Positions 9,173 to 20,350 are shown, counted from the stretch's first letter. The stretch: DNA of 64,000 nucleotides from Candidatus Latescibacterota bacterium (GCA_965206595.1 OZ242214.1:2240001-2304000), one strand, 5' to 3'. The notes: a model not told the origin generated them from the letters alone. Numbers and translations: made by a program.

Positions 9173-9853
9173 TCAGCTGTGGTTGCCCTCGGAAGAGAGG
9201 ACGACCTCCTCGGCCAGGTGCGGAGGGATGAAAAGCACCCCGGTCGCAGTGCCCAGGACGACGTCTCCGGGGATGCAGGTCGCCTCGCCGATGCGGGTGA
9301 TGCCGTTGATGTCCGGCATGGTGACCCCCGGTATCGCCTCCGGGTGGATGCGCTTCACGAAGGTGCAGAAGTCGGGGATTTTCAGGATGCGCTGCAGGTC
9401 GCGGATGCCGCCGTCGATCACCATGCCGCGGCCCCCGTTCGCCTTGATGGCGGTGGTCAGGTTGTCTCCCACGAGATTCACCTTTCCGAACAGGTCGGCC
9501 ACGAGGACGTCGCCGTCCACCATCTCGTCGATCACCCACGAGTTGAGGAAACCGACGCGGCCCTCGGTTTCCCCGAGGCGCAGCAGGGCATCGTGAAGCT
9601 CGGGCCGCATCGGCACCCAGCGGCAGGTGATGGCGCGGCCGACCAGCACCTTGTCGGGAAACAGCACCGTCCAGCCGCCGGCGAAGTTGTGCTCCCAACC
9701 GTGCTTCTTCAGCACCGTCCAGGCATCTTCGCTGGTGACCGATTTCATGCGCTCGAGGATGTCGTCGGGTACCATGGGGCGGCCGGCGGCGTCCCGCTCC
9801 CCCTCCCAGCGGCTGGTCACCTCGGCGATCATGTCGGGGTAGGTCAGTTTCAT
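9173..9853 (-). CDS. RraA/HMG-aldolase family protein, C-terminus possibly shortened
   Basis: LVGRAIT, VGDNLT, VIDGGIRD, PGDVVLG...GVLFIP. Confidence 0.8.
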   Translation of the reverse strand: MKLTYPDMIAEVTSRWEGERDAAGRPMVPDDILERMKSVTSEDAWTVLKKHGWEHNFAGGWTVLFPDKVLVGRAITCRWVPMRPELHDALLRLGETEGRVGFLNSWVIDEMVDGDVLVADLFGKVNLVGDNLTTAIKANGGRGMVIDGGIRDLQRILKIPDFCTFVKRIHPEAIPGVTMPDINGITRIGEATCIPGDVVLGTATGVLFIPPHLAEEVVLSSEGNHS

Positions 9854-9945
9854 TTCGGCAGCCTTTTCTTTTTTCAGGTCAGAAATCGCCATCGGCCCCG
9901 GACCGCAGGTGCCGGCGAGCCGTGCGGCCGCGGGACAGCGGAGCC

Positions 9946-11076
9946 CTACCCCTCGATCCCCAGCACCCGCGCGGCGCACCCGCCCATGATCATCGCCAGC
10001 CCGGCATCATCCAGCCCGGCGGCCGGGGCGAAGTGGCGCTCGATCCAGTGGCGGGACTGGCGGTAGGTGCAGAAGCGGTTCTGGAACGGCATGTCGGTTC
10101 CGTACATCAGCCTCTCCGGCCCTATGCGCTCTACCATCGCCTCGAGCGCCGGCCAGACCTCGCGGTACGGGTAGTCGAAGAGGTCGCCGATGCGGACCGG
10201 GAAGCAGACCTCGAGGCTGAGATTCGGGTTGGCGAACGGTTCCCAGATTTCCTCCGGCAACGAGATGCCGCCGCCGCCGAGGAAGACGCGCCAGGGAAAG
10301 CCGTGGGTGATGCTGCACACCAGGGACGGGTACTTCTCCATCAGCCGTCCCAGGATGCGCAGCTCGCCGAGATACCCCTGCTGCTGCGCCGTGTCCGGGG
10401 CGCTTTCCAGGCCGCGTCCGGGCCCGGTGCTGAGGGTGAAGAAGACCGGCACCCCGAGAACCGACACCGTCTCCCAGAACGGCTCGTACGCCCCTGCGTC
10501 CCACGGCTCCGGGCTGACGTCGTAGCCGTAGCTGCCGAACTTGATCGCCTGCAGTCCCAGATCGCGGATCGCGGCGGCGATCCCGGCTGTCGCAGCGTCG
10601 GGGTCGCTGTGGATCCGGCGCTCGTCGAGGCCGGCCATCGACAGGATTCGCCCGGGGAACCTGCGCACGCACTGGGCCTGGTAGCCGTTGTCGCGGCCGA
10701 GCATAAGGTTGGTGTGCAGCAGGACCCGCTGCACCCCGGCGTAATCCATCTCGCCGATGAGGCTCTCCGGAGTGAACTCGAGATTGCGCAGGTTCGGCGG
10801 GTAGAAGTGCTTGGTCCAGGTTTCCCCTTCGTAGTCCCACAGGACGCGGCCGAATTCCTTGTCGATGCGGAAGCCGACGTCCGGCAGGTCGTCGAGCGCG
10901 CCGCTCGCCGAGTCGAGGACGTGCGACGGCCCCCCGGCGCCGTCGCGAATCCGGAAGGCGGGCTGGTGGTGGCGCGCCTGGGACTGCTGCACGATGGCGA
11001 GGTGCTCGCCGGCGCTGGCGTACCCCTTTGGACTGTCGGCGGGCTCAAAGCAGTAGGCGTGGGAATCGATGATCAT
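9946..11076 (-). CDS. Amidohydrolase_2 family protein
   Basis: MIIDSHAY, THGFPW, RLMYGTDMP; true start is internal to the 972-aa track ORF. Confidence 0.85.
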   Translation of the reverse strand: MIIDSHAYCFEPADSPKGYASAGEHLAIVQQSQARHHQPAFRIRDGAGGPSHVLDSASGALDDLPDVGFRIDKEFGRVLWDYEGETWTKHFYPPNLRNLEFTPESLIGEMDYAGVQRVLLHTNLMLGRDNGYQAQCVRRFPGRILSMAGLDERRIHSDPDAATAGIAAAIRDLGLQAIKFGSYGYDVSPEPWDAGAYEPFWETVSVLGVPVFFTLSTGPGRGLESAPDTAQQQGYLGELRILGRLMEKYPSLVCSITHGFPWRVFLGGGGISLPEEIWEPFANPNLSLEVCFPVRIGDLFDYPYREVWPALEAMVERIGPERLMYGTDMPFQNRFCTYRQSRHWIERHFAPAAGLDDAGLAMIMGGCAARVLGIEG

Positions 11077-11174
11077 GGTCGGTCTCCGCTGCTTTCGCAG
11101 GTGAATCCGCGTACGAACAAGGCCCCCTGGGGATCCCGGCTCGCGAGGCCCTGGCGGAACTGGGCGCCCCGGCC

Positions 11175-11957
11175 CTACAGGCTGGTCCAGCCGCCGTCGA
11201 CCATCAGCGAGGTGCCGGTGACGTACTCCGAGGCGTCGGAGGCGAGGAACACCACCGCGCCCTTGATGTCGTCGTTGTGCAGCATGCGCCCGACCGGGGC
11301 GCGTTTTTCGTAGCTCTCGACGAACGGCCCCGGCTGATTGTTGAAGTACCCTCCCGGGCAGATGCAGTTGGCCCGCACCCCCTGCTTGCCGTAGTAGTTG
11401 GCGACGTAGCGGGTGAAGTTGATCATGCCGGCTTTGACGAAGTTGTAGTCCGGCGGCTGCTTCATTTCCGTGCCCTCGTACAGGGTCGGATCGTTGCCGA
11501 CGACCCCGTATATGCTCGAGATGTTGACGATCGAGCCGCGGCCCTGCTCGACCATGGCCGGGACGAAGGCCTTGCACATGGCGAAAAGCCCGGACATGTT
11601 GCCGCTCGCACTGTACTGCCAGTACTCGTAGGTCTGGTCCTCGAAGCCGCCGCCGCGTCCCACGACGGCGCTGTTGACCAGCACGTCGATGCGCCCGAAG
11701 CGGTCGAGCACCTCGCCGCCGAGCGCGGAGATCGAAGCCGGGTCGGTGATGTCGAGCTGCATGGCGTGGGCGTCGTACCCCTCGCCGCGCAGGCGCTCGG
11801 CGAACTCCTGGTTGCGTTCCAGTGAGCGCGACGCCGAGATGACCGTGGCGCCCGCCTCGGCGAGTCCCTCGCTGAGGCTGCTGCCGAACTGGGGGCCCGA
11901 GCCCCCGGACACCAGGGCGACGCGCCCCTGCAGTGAAAACCTGTCGAGAATCCCCAT
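11175..11957 (-). CDS. SDR family oxidoreductase
   Basis: VALVSGG, DVLVNSA, NISSIYG, YNFVK, VRANCICPGG, VDGG. Confidence 0.92.
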   Translation of the reverse strand: MGILDRFSLQGRVALVSGGSGPQFGSSLSEGLAEAGATVISASRSLERNQEFAERLRGEGYDAHAMQLDITDPASISALGGEVLDRFGRIDVLVNSAVVGRGGGFEDQTYEYWQYSASGNMSGLFAMCKAFVPAMVEQGRGSIVNISSIYGVVGNDPTLYEGTEMKQPPDYNFVKAGMINFTRYVANYYGKQGVRANCICPGGYFNNQPGPFVESYEKRAPVGRMLHNDDIKGAVVFLASDASEYVTGTSLMVDGGWTSL

Positions 11958-12157
11958 TTCGAATGCTCCTGTAGTCGCGGTTTCTGGACGGCCGCATCGC
12001 GGCCGCATCGAGCCGCCCGGTCCCTGCACAGCCGGCCGCGGACGAAATAACGGGATTTGGACCCCGAGTAGACAGGTGCGATCTTCTCGCCGCTACGGAA
12101 CCGGCATTCAACAGGATGCGCGGGGTTTTTCGAGCGCGTCTCTGAGGAAGACCACCC

Positions 12158-14779
12158 ATGACCTGCTCTCTCCATCCGGCCTCGCTCCGGCAGGGGATCC
12201 TTCTCGCCGCTGCGGCCTTCCTGCTCCCCCATGCAGCTTTCTCCCAAGAGGGATACACGGTAACGGCGACCGAAATCCGCGCCGACCGCGCCTCCCACTG
12301 GCGCGCCTGGGGCGTCGTCGGCGGAACCATCGAGATATCGCCCGGCGGCTCGGTGAGCCCCCGGTTCCTGCGCAAGGACATCAACGCCGCGCTCGACGCG
12401 CTGGAGTTCTCCACCGAGGACACCCGGGGCGGAGTGCTCGTCGGCTCCAACCCCGCCGACGCCGACCTCGTCGTCGACGGCGACCTGAGCACGAGCTGGG
12501 GACCGGACCTCGACGACCCGCTGGACCAATGGTGGATCGAGCTGCACCTCGGGCGCATCGTCGTAGTGCAGAAGATCGTGCTGCGTTTCGCCGGCGAGGG
12601 GGACGGCGAGCCGTTCCTGCAGTTCAAGGTGCGGGCGTGGCGCACGCCGACCTCTAGACTGGCGAGCGTCGGGTACCTCGACGGCACAGACGTGCCGAAG
12701 TTCTGGGAGCTGGGGCGGACGTTCAAGCCGAACAAGGTGCAGCGGGAGTTCGAGTTTTTTCCCGACCCCGAGTTGCAGAACGCCTTCCTGGGATGGGAGT
12801 CGCAAATCTCCGCCAACAACGACTTCGTCGGCGATCCCCTCGACCGTATCCAGATCATCATCACCGACTCCGACTTCGACCACGGCGCCGAGCTGCCCTC
12901 GGAAGCGGCCTGGGCGGCGCTCCCAGAGGAGCAGAGGGGGGCCGTCGACTATTACCGCAGCGAGCCATCCGGCAGGGAATCGCTGGTGAGCGAGGAGGAG
13001 TACTTCGATATCGCCGAAGAGCGCCGCGGCTCCATCCGCTACTACCGCAAGGAACGGCCGCGCCTCGCCGAGATCGAGGTCTGGACCGCGGGGGACAACA
13101 TCATCCTCGGGGTCGTGGAACGGGGGGGATTCGTCAGCGTGGAGGCGAACGCCGGCGACGCCAAGGACATCGGCTCCACCGCCTCGGACGGCCGCTACTC
13201 CACCGGTTTCACCGGAACGATCTTCGGCGGGCTGATATACGACATCTTCATCGACCTGGGGACCATCTACTGGCTCGACACCCTCCACTTCCTCAACGAC
13301 GGCAAGAGCGGATTCGAGCACATGGCGGTCGACGTCTCCACCGGGGTGAGGGCTCCCGACGGCAGCATCAAGTGGACGAGGGTGGCCGGCGGCGTCGACG
13401 ACGTGCGCCTGATCCAGCAGGGGCGCGCGTCCTACAAGTTCCGCGAGTACCGGATCGATCCGGTACTCGCCCGCTACATCAGGGCCCCGTTCGGCATGCC
13501 GGTGTACACGGGCACGCAGTCGACGACGGGAGCCCGCTTCATCTCGCTGACGGAGCTGCTGCTCTACGGCGAGGGCTACGTCCCCGAAGTCCTTCTCACC
13601 TCCGACCTGGTGACGCTGGGGGGAACCAGGAATCTCGTCTCCATCGAGTGGGACGCCGACACTCCCCCCGGCACCGCCGTTCAGCTGCAGACCCGGTCCG
13701 GCAACAGCCTGGATGAGATCTTCACCTACTACGACGACAACGGCAACGTGGTCACCGAGTCCCGGTACAACAAGCTGCCGAAGTCGAAGAAGGGAGAGAT
13801 CACGAGCTTCTTCAAACCGGGAGGAGACTGGAGCCCCTGGAGCACGCCCTACCTGGAGCAGGGGGCGCAGATAAAGTCGCCGAGCCCCCGCCAGTACATG
13901 CAGATCAGGACGGCGCTGCAGTCCGGGGATCCGTACGCGGCGGCGACCCTGCATGCGGTCACCGTCGACGTCACCGATCCGCTGGCGAGCCGGCTGATCG
14001 GCGAAATCTGGCCGGTTGCCATCGACTCCCTCGGGCGGCCCCGGGAGCTTTCGTTCTTCATCCGCCCGTCGTTCACCGAGAGGGGCCAGGGGTTCGACGA
14101 GGTGCGCATCGAGGCGACCGGGGAAACCTCGCTCGAGCTGATCGGGGCTCTCACCGGCAGCGACGGCGACTTCCGGGACGGGGCCGCGTCCCTCCTTCCC
14201 GCCGCCGAGCTGGAGGTCATGGATTCGGAGCCGGGCACCCTGTGGTTCCGCCTGCCTGAGGCGGTCGCCAGCGGCGTCGACCTCGTCGAGGTCCGCTTCC
14301 GCGCCACGCCCTACAACACCAGCACCTCGTTCCAGGCCCTCGGACAGGATTCCGCCACCCCGGGCCTCTGGCAGCGCGTCGACGTCGGCGACGCCACCGA
14401 TCTCGTCGACAGCCAGTCGACGACGGTGCTGGCCGTCTCCGGCAACCGGGTACTGCAGGATCTCGTCGCCTCCTCGTCGGTGCTGACGCCGAACGGAGAC
14501 GGTGTCAACGACGAGACCACCTTCGAGTTCGGCATCGCCCGCATAAGCTCCGGGGAGGCGGTGTCGCTGAGGATCTACGACCTGTCCGGCGGTCTCGTGG
14601 GTGAATTCTCCGAGGAACGCCAGGATCCCCGGGGCAGCTGGGAAATGGCCTGGGGCGGCCATGACGGCAGCGGCAACCTGGTGCCCCCCGGGATCTACAT
14701 CGCCTCGGTGGAGGTGGCGGCGCAGTCCGCCACGGCCACCGCCACCACGGCGCAACTGCTCCTCTACGTCGCCTACTGA
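12158..14779 (+). CDS. Large secreted protein with C-terminal FlgD-Ig/CHU_C-like domain
   Basis: Signal peptide; TPNGDGVND...RIYDLSG...WGGHDGSGNLVPPGIY. Confidence 0.8.
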   Translation: MTCSLHPASLRQGILLAAAAFLLPHAAFSQEGYTVTATEIRADRASHWRAWGVVGGTIEISPGGSVSPRFLRKDINAALDALEFSTEDTRGGVLVGSNPADADLVVDGDLSTSWGPDLDDPLDQWWIELHLGRIVVVQKIVLRFAGEGDGEPFLQFKVRAWRTPTSRLASVGYLDGTDVPKFWELGRTFKPNKVQREFEFFPDPELQNAFLGWESQISANNDFVGDPLDRIQIIITDSDFDHGAELPSEAAWAALPEEQRGAVDYYRSEPSGRESLVSEEEYFDIAEERRGSIRYYRKERPRLAEIEVWTAGDNIILGVVERGGFVSVEANAGDAKDIGSTASDGRYSTGFTGTIFGGLIYDIFIDLGTIYWLDTLHFLNDGKSGFEHMAVDVSTGVRAPDGSIKWTRVAGGVDDVRLIQQGRASYKFREYRIDPVLARYIRAPFGMPVYTGTQSTTGARFISLTELLLYGEGYVPEVLLTSDLVTLGGTRNLVSIEWDADTPPGTAVQLQTRSGNSLDEIFTYYDDNGNVVTESRYNKLPKSKKGEITSFFKPGGDWSPWSTPYLEQGAQIKSPSPRQYMQIRTALQSGDPYAAATLHAVTVDVTDPLASRLIGEIWPVAIDSLGRPRELSFFIRPSFTERGQGFDEVRIEATGETSLELIGALTGSDGDFRDGAASLLPAAELEVMDSEPGTLWFRLPEAVASGVDLVEVRFRATPYNTSTSFQALGQDSATPGLWQRVDVGDATDLVDSQSTTVLAVSGNRVLQDLVASSSVLTPNGDGVNDETTFEFGIARISSGEAVSLRIYDLSGGLVGEFSEERQDPRGSWEMAWGGHDGSGNLVPPGIYIASVEVAAQSATATATTAQLLLYVAY

Positions 14780-14804
14780 CCGGCCGATCCCCGGGACATT
14801 GCGT

Positions 14805-16481
14805 TTGACGACGGTCCCCGGCTCCGCTCGTTCCCTGCCCCGCGGGGCACTGGCGGCGGTGCTGGCTGTTTTGGCATGCTCACCCGACGGGCCGGCTCCT
14901 CCTGAAGTCGACCCCCCCCTCCTCGCGGAAATCACCGCGGAAGCCGGGCTCCCCGCGGCGCCGGCTCCGGTCGCGGAGGGCACCTGGTTCCTTCCCGAGA
15001 TCATGGGGGGCGGCGTCGCCCTCTTCGACGCCGACGGCGACGGCGACCTCGATCTGCTGCACGTCCGCTCTCCCGCCCCCGGCCGTCCCGAGGACCCGGC
15101 CCCGAACCGCTTCTACCGGCAGGAGGAGGACTGCCGCTTCACGGAGGCGGGGGCCGCCGCGGGCATCGACGATCCGGGATACGGCCAGGGGACCGCGGCC
15201 GGCGACGTCGACAACGACGGCCGTCCCGACCTGTTCGCCGCCAACTACGGCCCCGACGCCCTCTACCGGAACCGCGGCAACGGCACTTTCGCCCCCACCG
15301 ATTCCGCCGCCTTCTCCAACAGCTGGAGCACTTCGGCCGCCTTCGTCGACTACGACCGCGACGGCGACCTCGATCTCTACGCCGTGCACTACGTCGACTA
15401 CTACCCCGGCGTGGTCTGCCGCTCCCCGAACGGCGTCGACTACTGCCCGCCCGGCAAGTTCCCCGGTGTGCGCGACGCCCTGTACCGGAACGAAGGGGGG
15501 AGCTTCGCCGACGTCTCCGCGGCAGCCGGCATGGACGCCCCTGCCCGGGGGTTGGGGGTGGCCTGCGCCGATCTGACGGGGGACGGCTGGGTCGACATCT
15601 ACGTCGCCAATGACGGCGAGGCCAACCAGCTCTGGATCGGCCAGGGGGACGGCACCTTCCTCGACGAAGCGGTGATGCGGGGAGCCGGGTTCAACGGCAA
15701 CGGCAAGCCGGAAGGGAGCATGGGAGTGACGATCGCCGATGCCGACGGGGACGGCCGCTTCGACCTGGCCATGACCAACCTCTGGAACGAGAGCAACACC
15801 CTGTTGGCCGGCAGCGGCGGCGGGCTCTTCAGCGACGTGTCCGGGCGCTCCGGGATGGCCGCGGTCGACCTGCCCCTCACCGGCTTCGGCTGCGGTTTCT
15901 TCGACTACGATCACGACGGCGACCTCGACTTCGCCGTCGTCAACGGTCGCGTGCAGGGCTGGCCGCCGCTGCCGGCGGCGCGTCCCGGAGATTTCTGGAG
16001 CAGCTACGCCGAGCCCAACCTGCTCTTCGAGAACGGCGGGGGCGGCGGTTTCGCCAACGTCGGCGAACAGGCGGGCGGCTTCTCCTCCCTGCCTGAGATC
16101 GACCGCGGCCTCGCCTTCGGCGATCTCGACGGCGACGGCGACCTCGACCTCGCGGTCGGCGGCCTCTGGCAGGTGAGGCTGTTCCGCAACGACGCCCCCC
16201 CGGCCGGCAACCGCTGGCTCTCGGTGCGCGCCCTGACCGGAGACAGGGACGCCATCGGCGCCGAGGTCGTTGTCTCCGCAGGCGGCAGGCAGCAGCGGGG
16301 CCTCGTGGCAGCCGGGTACAGCTACGCGAGCAGCAGCTCGCCGCGGGCCCATTTCGGCCTCGGCGGGAGCGAGTGCGACTCCGTCGAGGTCCTGTGGCCG
16401 GACGGCAGCCGGGAGCGCTTCGCCATTGCGGGTGTAAACCGCGCAGTGACCGTGCGGCAGGGAGAAGGGGTGACCCTGTGA
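14805..16481 (+). CDS. CRTAC1-like FG-GAP repeat / ASPIC-UnbV lipoprotein
   Basis: LAVLAC lipobox, repeated DxDxDGxxD, C-terminal AIGAEV...SYASSS...HFGLG; start approximate. Confidence 0.85.
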   Translation: MTTVPGSARSLPRGALAAVLAVLACSPDGPAPPEVDPPLLAEITAEAGLPAAPAPVAEGTWFLPEIMGGGVALFDADGDGDLDLLHVRSPAPGRPEDPAPNRFYRQEEDCRFTEAGAAAGIDDPGYGQGTAAGDVDNDGRPDLFAANYGPDALYRNRGNGTFAPTDSAAFSNSWSTSAAFVDYDRDGDLDLYAVHYVDYYPGVVCRSPNGVDYCPPGKFPGVRDALYRNEGGSFADVSAAAGMDAPARGLGVACADLTGDGWVDIYVANDGEANQLWIGQGDGTFLDEAVMRGAGFNGNGKPEGSMGVTIADADGDGRFDLAMTNLWNESNTLLAGSGGGLFSDVSGRSGMAAVDLPLTGFGCGFFDYDHDGDLDFAVVNGRVQGWPPLPAARPGDFWSSYAEPNLLFENGGGGGFANVGEQAGGFSSLPEIDRGLAFGDLDGDGDLDLAVGGLWQVRLFRNDAPPAGNRWLSVRALTGDRDAIGAEVVVSAGGRQQRGLVAAGYSYASSSSPRAHFGLGGSECDSVEVLWPDGSRERFAIAGVNRAVTVRQGEGVTL

Positions 16482-17728
16482 GGTTCGCGGTCCTGGCCGC
16501 TGCGGTCCTGGCTGGCCTCGGGTGCGGCGACGACCGGAGCCCGGAGGCCGTTCCCCTGCCCGACCTGACCCAGGTTGCAGACGAGCGTCTGCTGTCGGCC
16601 GTACGGGAGGCGCGGGCGGCGGTCGTGGAGGATCCCGACTCGGCGCCGGCCTGGGGTCGGCTCGGCCACCTCTACTTCGCCCACGGCTGGCCGCAGAAAG
16701 CGTCGCAATGTTACCAGGAGGCCGGCGAACGGCAGCCGGGCGCATCGAGGTGGCTCTACTTCCTGGGGCGGGCACTCTACCAGGTCGACGCCGCCGGCGC
16801 AGCCGGGGCTTTTGCCGAGGCGGTCTCCCTCGACGCCGGCAGCGCCCCGGTCCCGTACTACGTCCACGGCGCCCGCGTCCACCGGGATCTCGGCCGCACC
16901 GACGAAGCCCTGGCCCTGCTCGAAAGCGCCCGGGAACGGCATCCGCGCAGCTCGTCGGTCGAGCTGGCCCTCGGGCAGGTGCACCTGGCGGCGCGCCGCT
17001 ACAACGAGGCGCGGGAGCACCTCGAAAGCGCGCTCGCCCTCGACCCCGAGCGGGGCGAGACCCATACCGCCCTGTCGCAGGTGCACATGGCCGCGGGGAA
17101 CCGCGGCGAAGCCGCCCGCCACGCCCGGCTCGGGGTGCGCTACTTCGAGCAGGGAAGCATTCCGGATCCCCTGTTCGCCGAGGTGGCCCGGGCAGGGGTC
17201 AGCTCCTTCTGGCTGCATCGGCGCGGGAAAAAACGGCTGCAGGAAGGGGATTACGCCGGCGCCCTCGAGGAGTACTCGCAGGCCGTCGCCGCGGGGGAAA
17301 GCGATCCGATGGTCTGGAACGGGTACGGCAGCGCCCTGCTCGGGGTCGGACGCCACGAGGAAGGGGTCGCCGCCCTGGAGCGCGCCTTCGAGGCGGCGCA
17401 GAGCGGCTCGAGCCCTGGCGGCCTTTCCCCGGACAACATGCGCCTCATCCACACCAACCTCGGCCACGCCTTGGCGGCCAGCGGCGACCTAGACCGCGCC
17501 GGGCATCACCTGCGCGCGGCCCTGAAGCTCGACCCGGCCGCGGTCACGGCGGCCTACAACCTCGCCCTCCTGCACTACCGCCGCGGGCAACCTGAGCTTG
17601 GGCTCGAGGTGCTTTCGGGGGTGCCGGACCTCGAAAGCCATCCCGAGGCGGTGCGGCTGCGCGACAGATTGCGCGCCGCCGCTGGCCTGGCGGATCAGCC
17701 CCGCGGCGACCGCAGGGAAAACCGGTAG
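16478..17728 (+). CDS. TPR-repeat lipoprotein
   Basis: LAGLGC lipobox; multiple TPR motifs (AWGRLG, HTNLGHAL, AYNLA); GTGA overlap. Confidence 0.85.
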   Translation: MRFAVLAAAVLAGLGCGDDRSPEAVPLPDLTQVADERLLSAVREARAAVVEDPDSAPAWGRLGHLYFAHGWPQKASQCYQEAGERQPGASRWLYFLGRALYQVDAAGAAGAFAEAVSLDAGSAPVPYYVHGARVHRDLGRTDEALALLESARERHPRSSSVELALGQVHLAARRYNEAREHLESALALDPERGETHTALSQVHMAAGNRGEAARHARLGVRYFEQGSIPDPLFAEVARAGVSSFWLHRRGKKRLQEGDYAGALEEYSQAVAAGESDPMVWNGYGSALLGVGRHEEGVAALERAFEAAQSGSSPGGLSPDNMRLIHTNLGHALAASGDLDRAGHHLRAALKLDPAAVTAAYNLALLHYRRGQPELGLEVLSGVPDLESHPEAVRLRDRLRAAAGLADQPRGDRRENR

Positions 17729-19404
17729 ACGCGGACCTCCCCCGTCTCGAACAGCAGCTCGAGGGTTCCCTTCCTCCGCAGCAGACCGCGCAGGGCAGGA
17801 GAGGCGCGCTCGACATCCAGCAGCAGGTAGCGGGCGCCGCGCGCCTGCAGATCATCGATGTCCGCCGAAGTCGGCTTCCGCAGGCGGCGGCGGAACTCGC
17901 GGTGGTGATCGGGGAAATACCCGGAGAAGCCGTTCAGGAGCGGCTTCTCGAACTCCAGTCCCTGCAGCATGGCCACCACCACCGGCTCGAAATGGACGGC
18001 GCGGCCGCTCGCAGAGGGGGGCAGGAAGGCGACCGGCCCCGGCGGCAGCTCCCGCAGCCGCTCCACCCAGGGTCGGGAGTACACGTCGTCCCTCTCCGGA
18101 CTGAATCGCTGCTGGGGGGGCAGCACCTCGGCCACGGCGAGCGCCGCCAATGCGAGGGCAATGCCGCGTCCGCCGCGACCCCACCGGTTCCAGAGGAGAT
18201 CGAGCCCGATGGCGGCCAGGGCCAACATGCCGACCTGCATGAAGGCGGCGAGGCGGAAGGAGCTGCGCATCTGGGAAAACCCCGGATAGACCTGGCGCAG
18301 CGACTCGTAGGGGGAGAACCCGAACAGGCTCACCCGCGGCCCGAAGCTCAGCAGGAAGGCCAGCGCCGCGAAAGCCGCGAAGCAGAGCACGAGCCGGCGC
18401 CGCCGGCCGGTTTTAAGGGAAAGCGCGGCCCCGGCGAGCGCCAGCAGCGACAGCGCCGTCCCCGGGTAGAGCCGCTGCGGGGCCGCGGAGAGATCGCGGA
18501 ACTCGTCGTCACCGAGCCAGGGAACCAGGCCCGCGGCGCTGGCCCGGGAGCGCAGCTTCAGGAAGTGCTCCGGCACGGCGCTGCCGATGGCGAGCGCCGC
18601 CTCGTTGCGGCTGAACTCCCGGGTCGACTCCAGCTGACCCGGAAGCACCGGGGCCAGCAGCAGCAGACAGGTCGCCGCGGCCGCGGCGACTCTTTTCGCA
18701 TTCGCCGCAGTGAGGTGTTCCCTCCTGACCAGCAGGGCCCCCGCCAGGAGCAGGAACAGGGACAGGTAAACCCCGAAGTAGGTCGACGTGAGGTAGGCGA
18801 CGGCCGCCCACAGACCCAGGCGCGCGGCGCCGCCGTAGTCCGGCGCCTGCAGGAACCGGACCAGGGCGGCGACGGCGAACAGCACGGGAAACAGCACCGT
18901 CATCTGGATCACGCCGAGCTCGTTGGATACCCAGGGCAGCCCGACCGCGAGCAGGCCGGCCAGCAACGCCGGAGCGCGGCCGGCTCCGAGGACTGCGGCC
19001 AGGTGCGCCGCGGCGGCGCCGTTGAGCACGAGGATGGCGAGCAGACAGAGGTTGTAGGACAGGAACGGGTCCGAGGTCGCCAGGCGCAGGGCCGCGAACA
19101 GCAGGCCGGTGGCCGGCATCGGATCCGACAGCCCGAAGGCGCCGGCCTGCGGGTGGAAGATCGGCGCCTCCCAGTAGCCGGAGAACAGGTGGGCGGCGCG
19201 GTCGGCGTTCCAGCTCAGGGTCCAGAGGTTGAACAGCGGCAGCGTCGCCGAAGACTCGCTGCCCAGCGGCAGGCGCGACCCGAGTTCGAGCAGGAGCGGC
19301 CAGGTGAACAGGAGGGCGAGCCCGAAATAGAGAACGGGCCCCGCCAGGAGGGGCGCGGTCCGGCCCCCAGCCCTCCTGATCCTCCCTGCGAGGCCGGGCC
19401 CCAC
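17695..19404 (-). CDS. Polytopic membrane protein, GT-C/YfhO-like
   Basis: Many TM segments, WTLSW...WEAPIFHP, MRSSFR, PLLNGFSGYFP. Confidence 0.7.
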   Translation of the reverse strand: MGPGLAGRIRRAGGRTAPLLAGPVLYFGLALLFTWPLLLELGSRLPLGSESSATLPLFNLWTLSWNADRAAHLFSGYWEAPIFHPQAGAFGLSDPMPATGLLFAALRLATSDPFLSYNLCLLAILVLNGAAAAHLAAVLGAGRAPALLAGLLAVGLPWVSNELGVIQMTVLFPVLFAVAALVRFLQAPDYGGAARLGLWAAVAYLTSTYFGVYLSLFLLLAGALLVRREHLTAANAKRVAAAAATCLLLLAPVLPGQLESTREFSRNEAALAIGSAVPEHFLKLRSRASAAGLVPWLGDDEFRDLSAAPQRLYPGTALSLLALAGAALSLKTGRRRRLVLCFAAFAALAFLLSFGPRVSLFGFSPYESLRQVYPGFSQMRSSFRLAAFMQVGMLALAAIGLDLLWNRWGRGGRGIALALAALAVAEVLPPQQRFSPERDDVYSRPWVERLRELPPGPVAFLPPSASGRAVHFEPVVVAMLQGLEFEKPLLNGFSGYFPDHHREFRRRLRKPTSADIDDLQARGARYLLLDVERASPALRGLLRRKGTLELLFETGEVRVYRFSLRSPRG

Positions 19405-19408
19405 CGCG

Positions 19409-20350
19409 TTACCGCCGCGGCCGCGACCGGTACCAGTCGATGGTCCTGCGCAGGCCCTCCTCGAGATCGACGGAGGCGCGAAAACCGAAAGCCCGGGCCG
19501 CTCTCGAGGTGTCGACCCTTCGCCGCTCCTGTCCGTTCGGGCGGCTGGTGTCCCAGAGGACCTCGCCGCGGTACCCGATCATCTCGCACAACAGCCCGGC
19601 CAGCCCGGCGATGGAGATCTCCCGTCCGCTGCCGAGGTTCACCGGCTCGGCCCCGTCGAACTTTTCCGCGGCGAGGAGGATTCCCTCCGCGGCGTCCTCG
19701 ACGAACAGGAATTCCCGGGTCGGGGTGCCGTCTCCCCAGAAGACGACCCTGTCCTCCCCGGATTCCTGCGCTTCGGTGATCTTCCGGATCATCGCCGGGA
19801 TCACGTGCGAGGAGGCGAGGTCGAAGTTGTCCCCAGGTCCGTAGAGATTGGTCGGCAGCAGGTAGATGGCGTTGGTGCCGAACTCCTGCCGGTAGGCCTG
19901 CGCCTGCACGAGGAGCATCTTCTTCGCCAGGCCGTACGGGGCGTTGGTCTCCTCGGGGTAGCCGTTCCAGAGATCGGCCTCGGCAAACGGCACCGGCGTG
20001 TGCGCGGGGTAGGCGCAGATCGTGCCGACGGCGACGAACTTCGCGATCTCGAAGCGCCGCGCCTGTTCCATCAGCTGCACCCCCATCATCAGATTGTCGT
20101 AGAAGAAGGAGCCGGGGCTCGCCTGGTTTGCCCCTATGCCCCCCACGGTCGCCGCGAGGTGGATTACCATGTCGGCCTGGGCCTGCTCGCAGAGGCGCAC
20201 GACCGCGTCCTCCCGCCGCAGGTCGAAATCCCGCGAGCGCGGCACGATGATTTCGCCGCAGTTCCGCCCGGCGAGCCGGGAGACGACGCGCGATCCGAGG
20301 AAACCGGCCCCCCCGGTTACGATCACCCGTCGCGATTGCCAGAAACTCAC
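19409..20350 (-). CDS. fcl: GDP-L-fucose synthase
   Basis: [50 protein letters not shown]. Confidence 0.92.
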   Translation of the reverse strand: MSFWQSRRVIVTGGAGFLGSRVVSRLAGRNCGEIIVPRSRDFDLRREDAVVRLCEQAQADMVIHLAATVGGIGANQASPGSFFYDNLMMGVQLMEQARRFEIAKFVAVGTICAYPAHTPVPFAEADLWNGYPEETNAPYGLAKKMLLVQAQAYRQEFGTNAIYLLPTNLYGPGDNFDLASSHVIPAMIRKITEAQESGEDRVVFWGDGTPTREFLFVEDAAEGILLAAEKFDGAEPVNLGSGREISIAGLAGLLCEMIGYRGEVLWDTSRPNGQERRRVDTSRAARAFGFRASVDLEEGLRRTIDWYRSRPRR

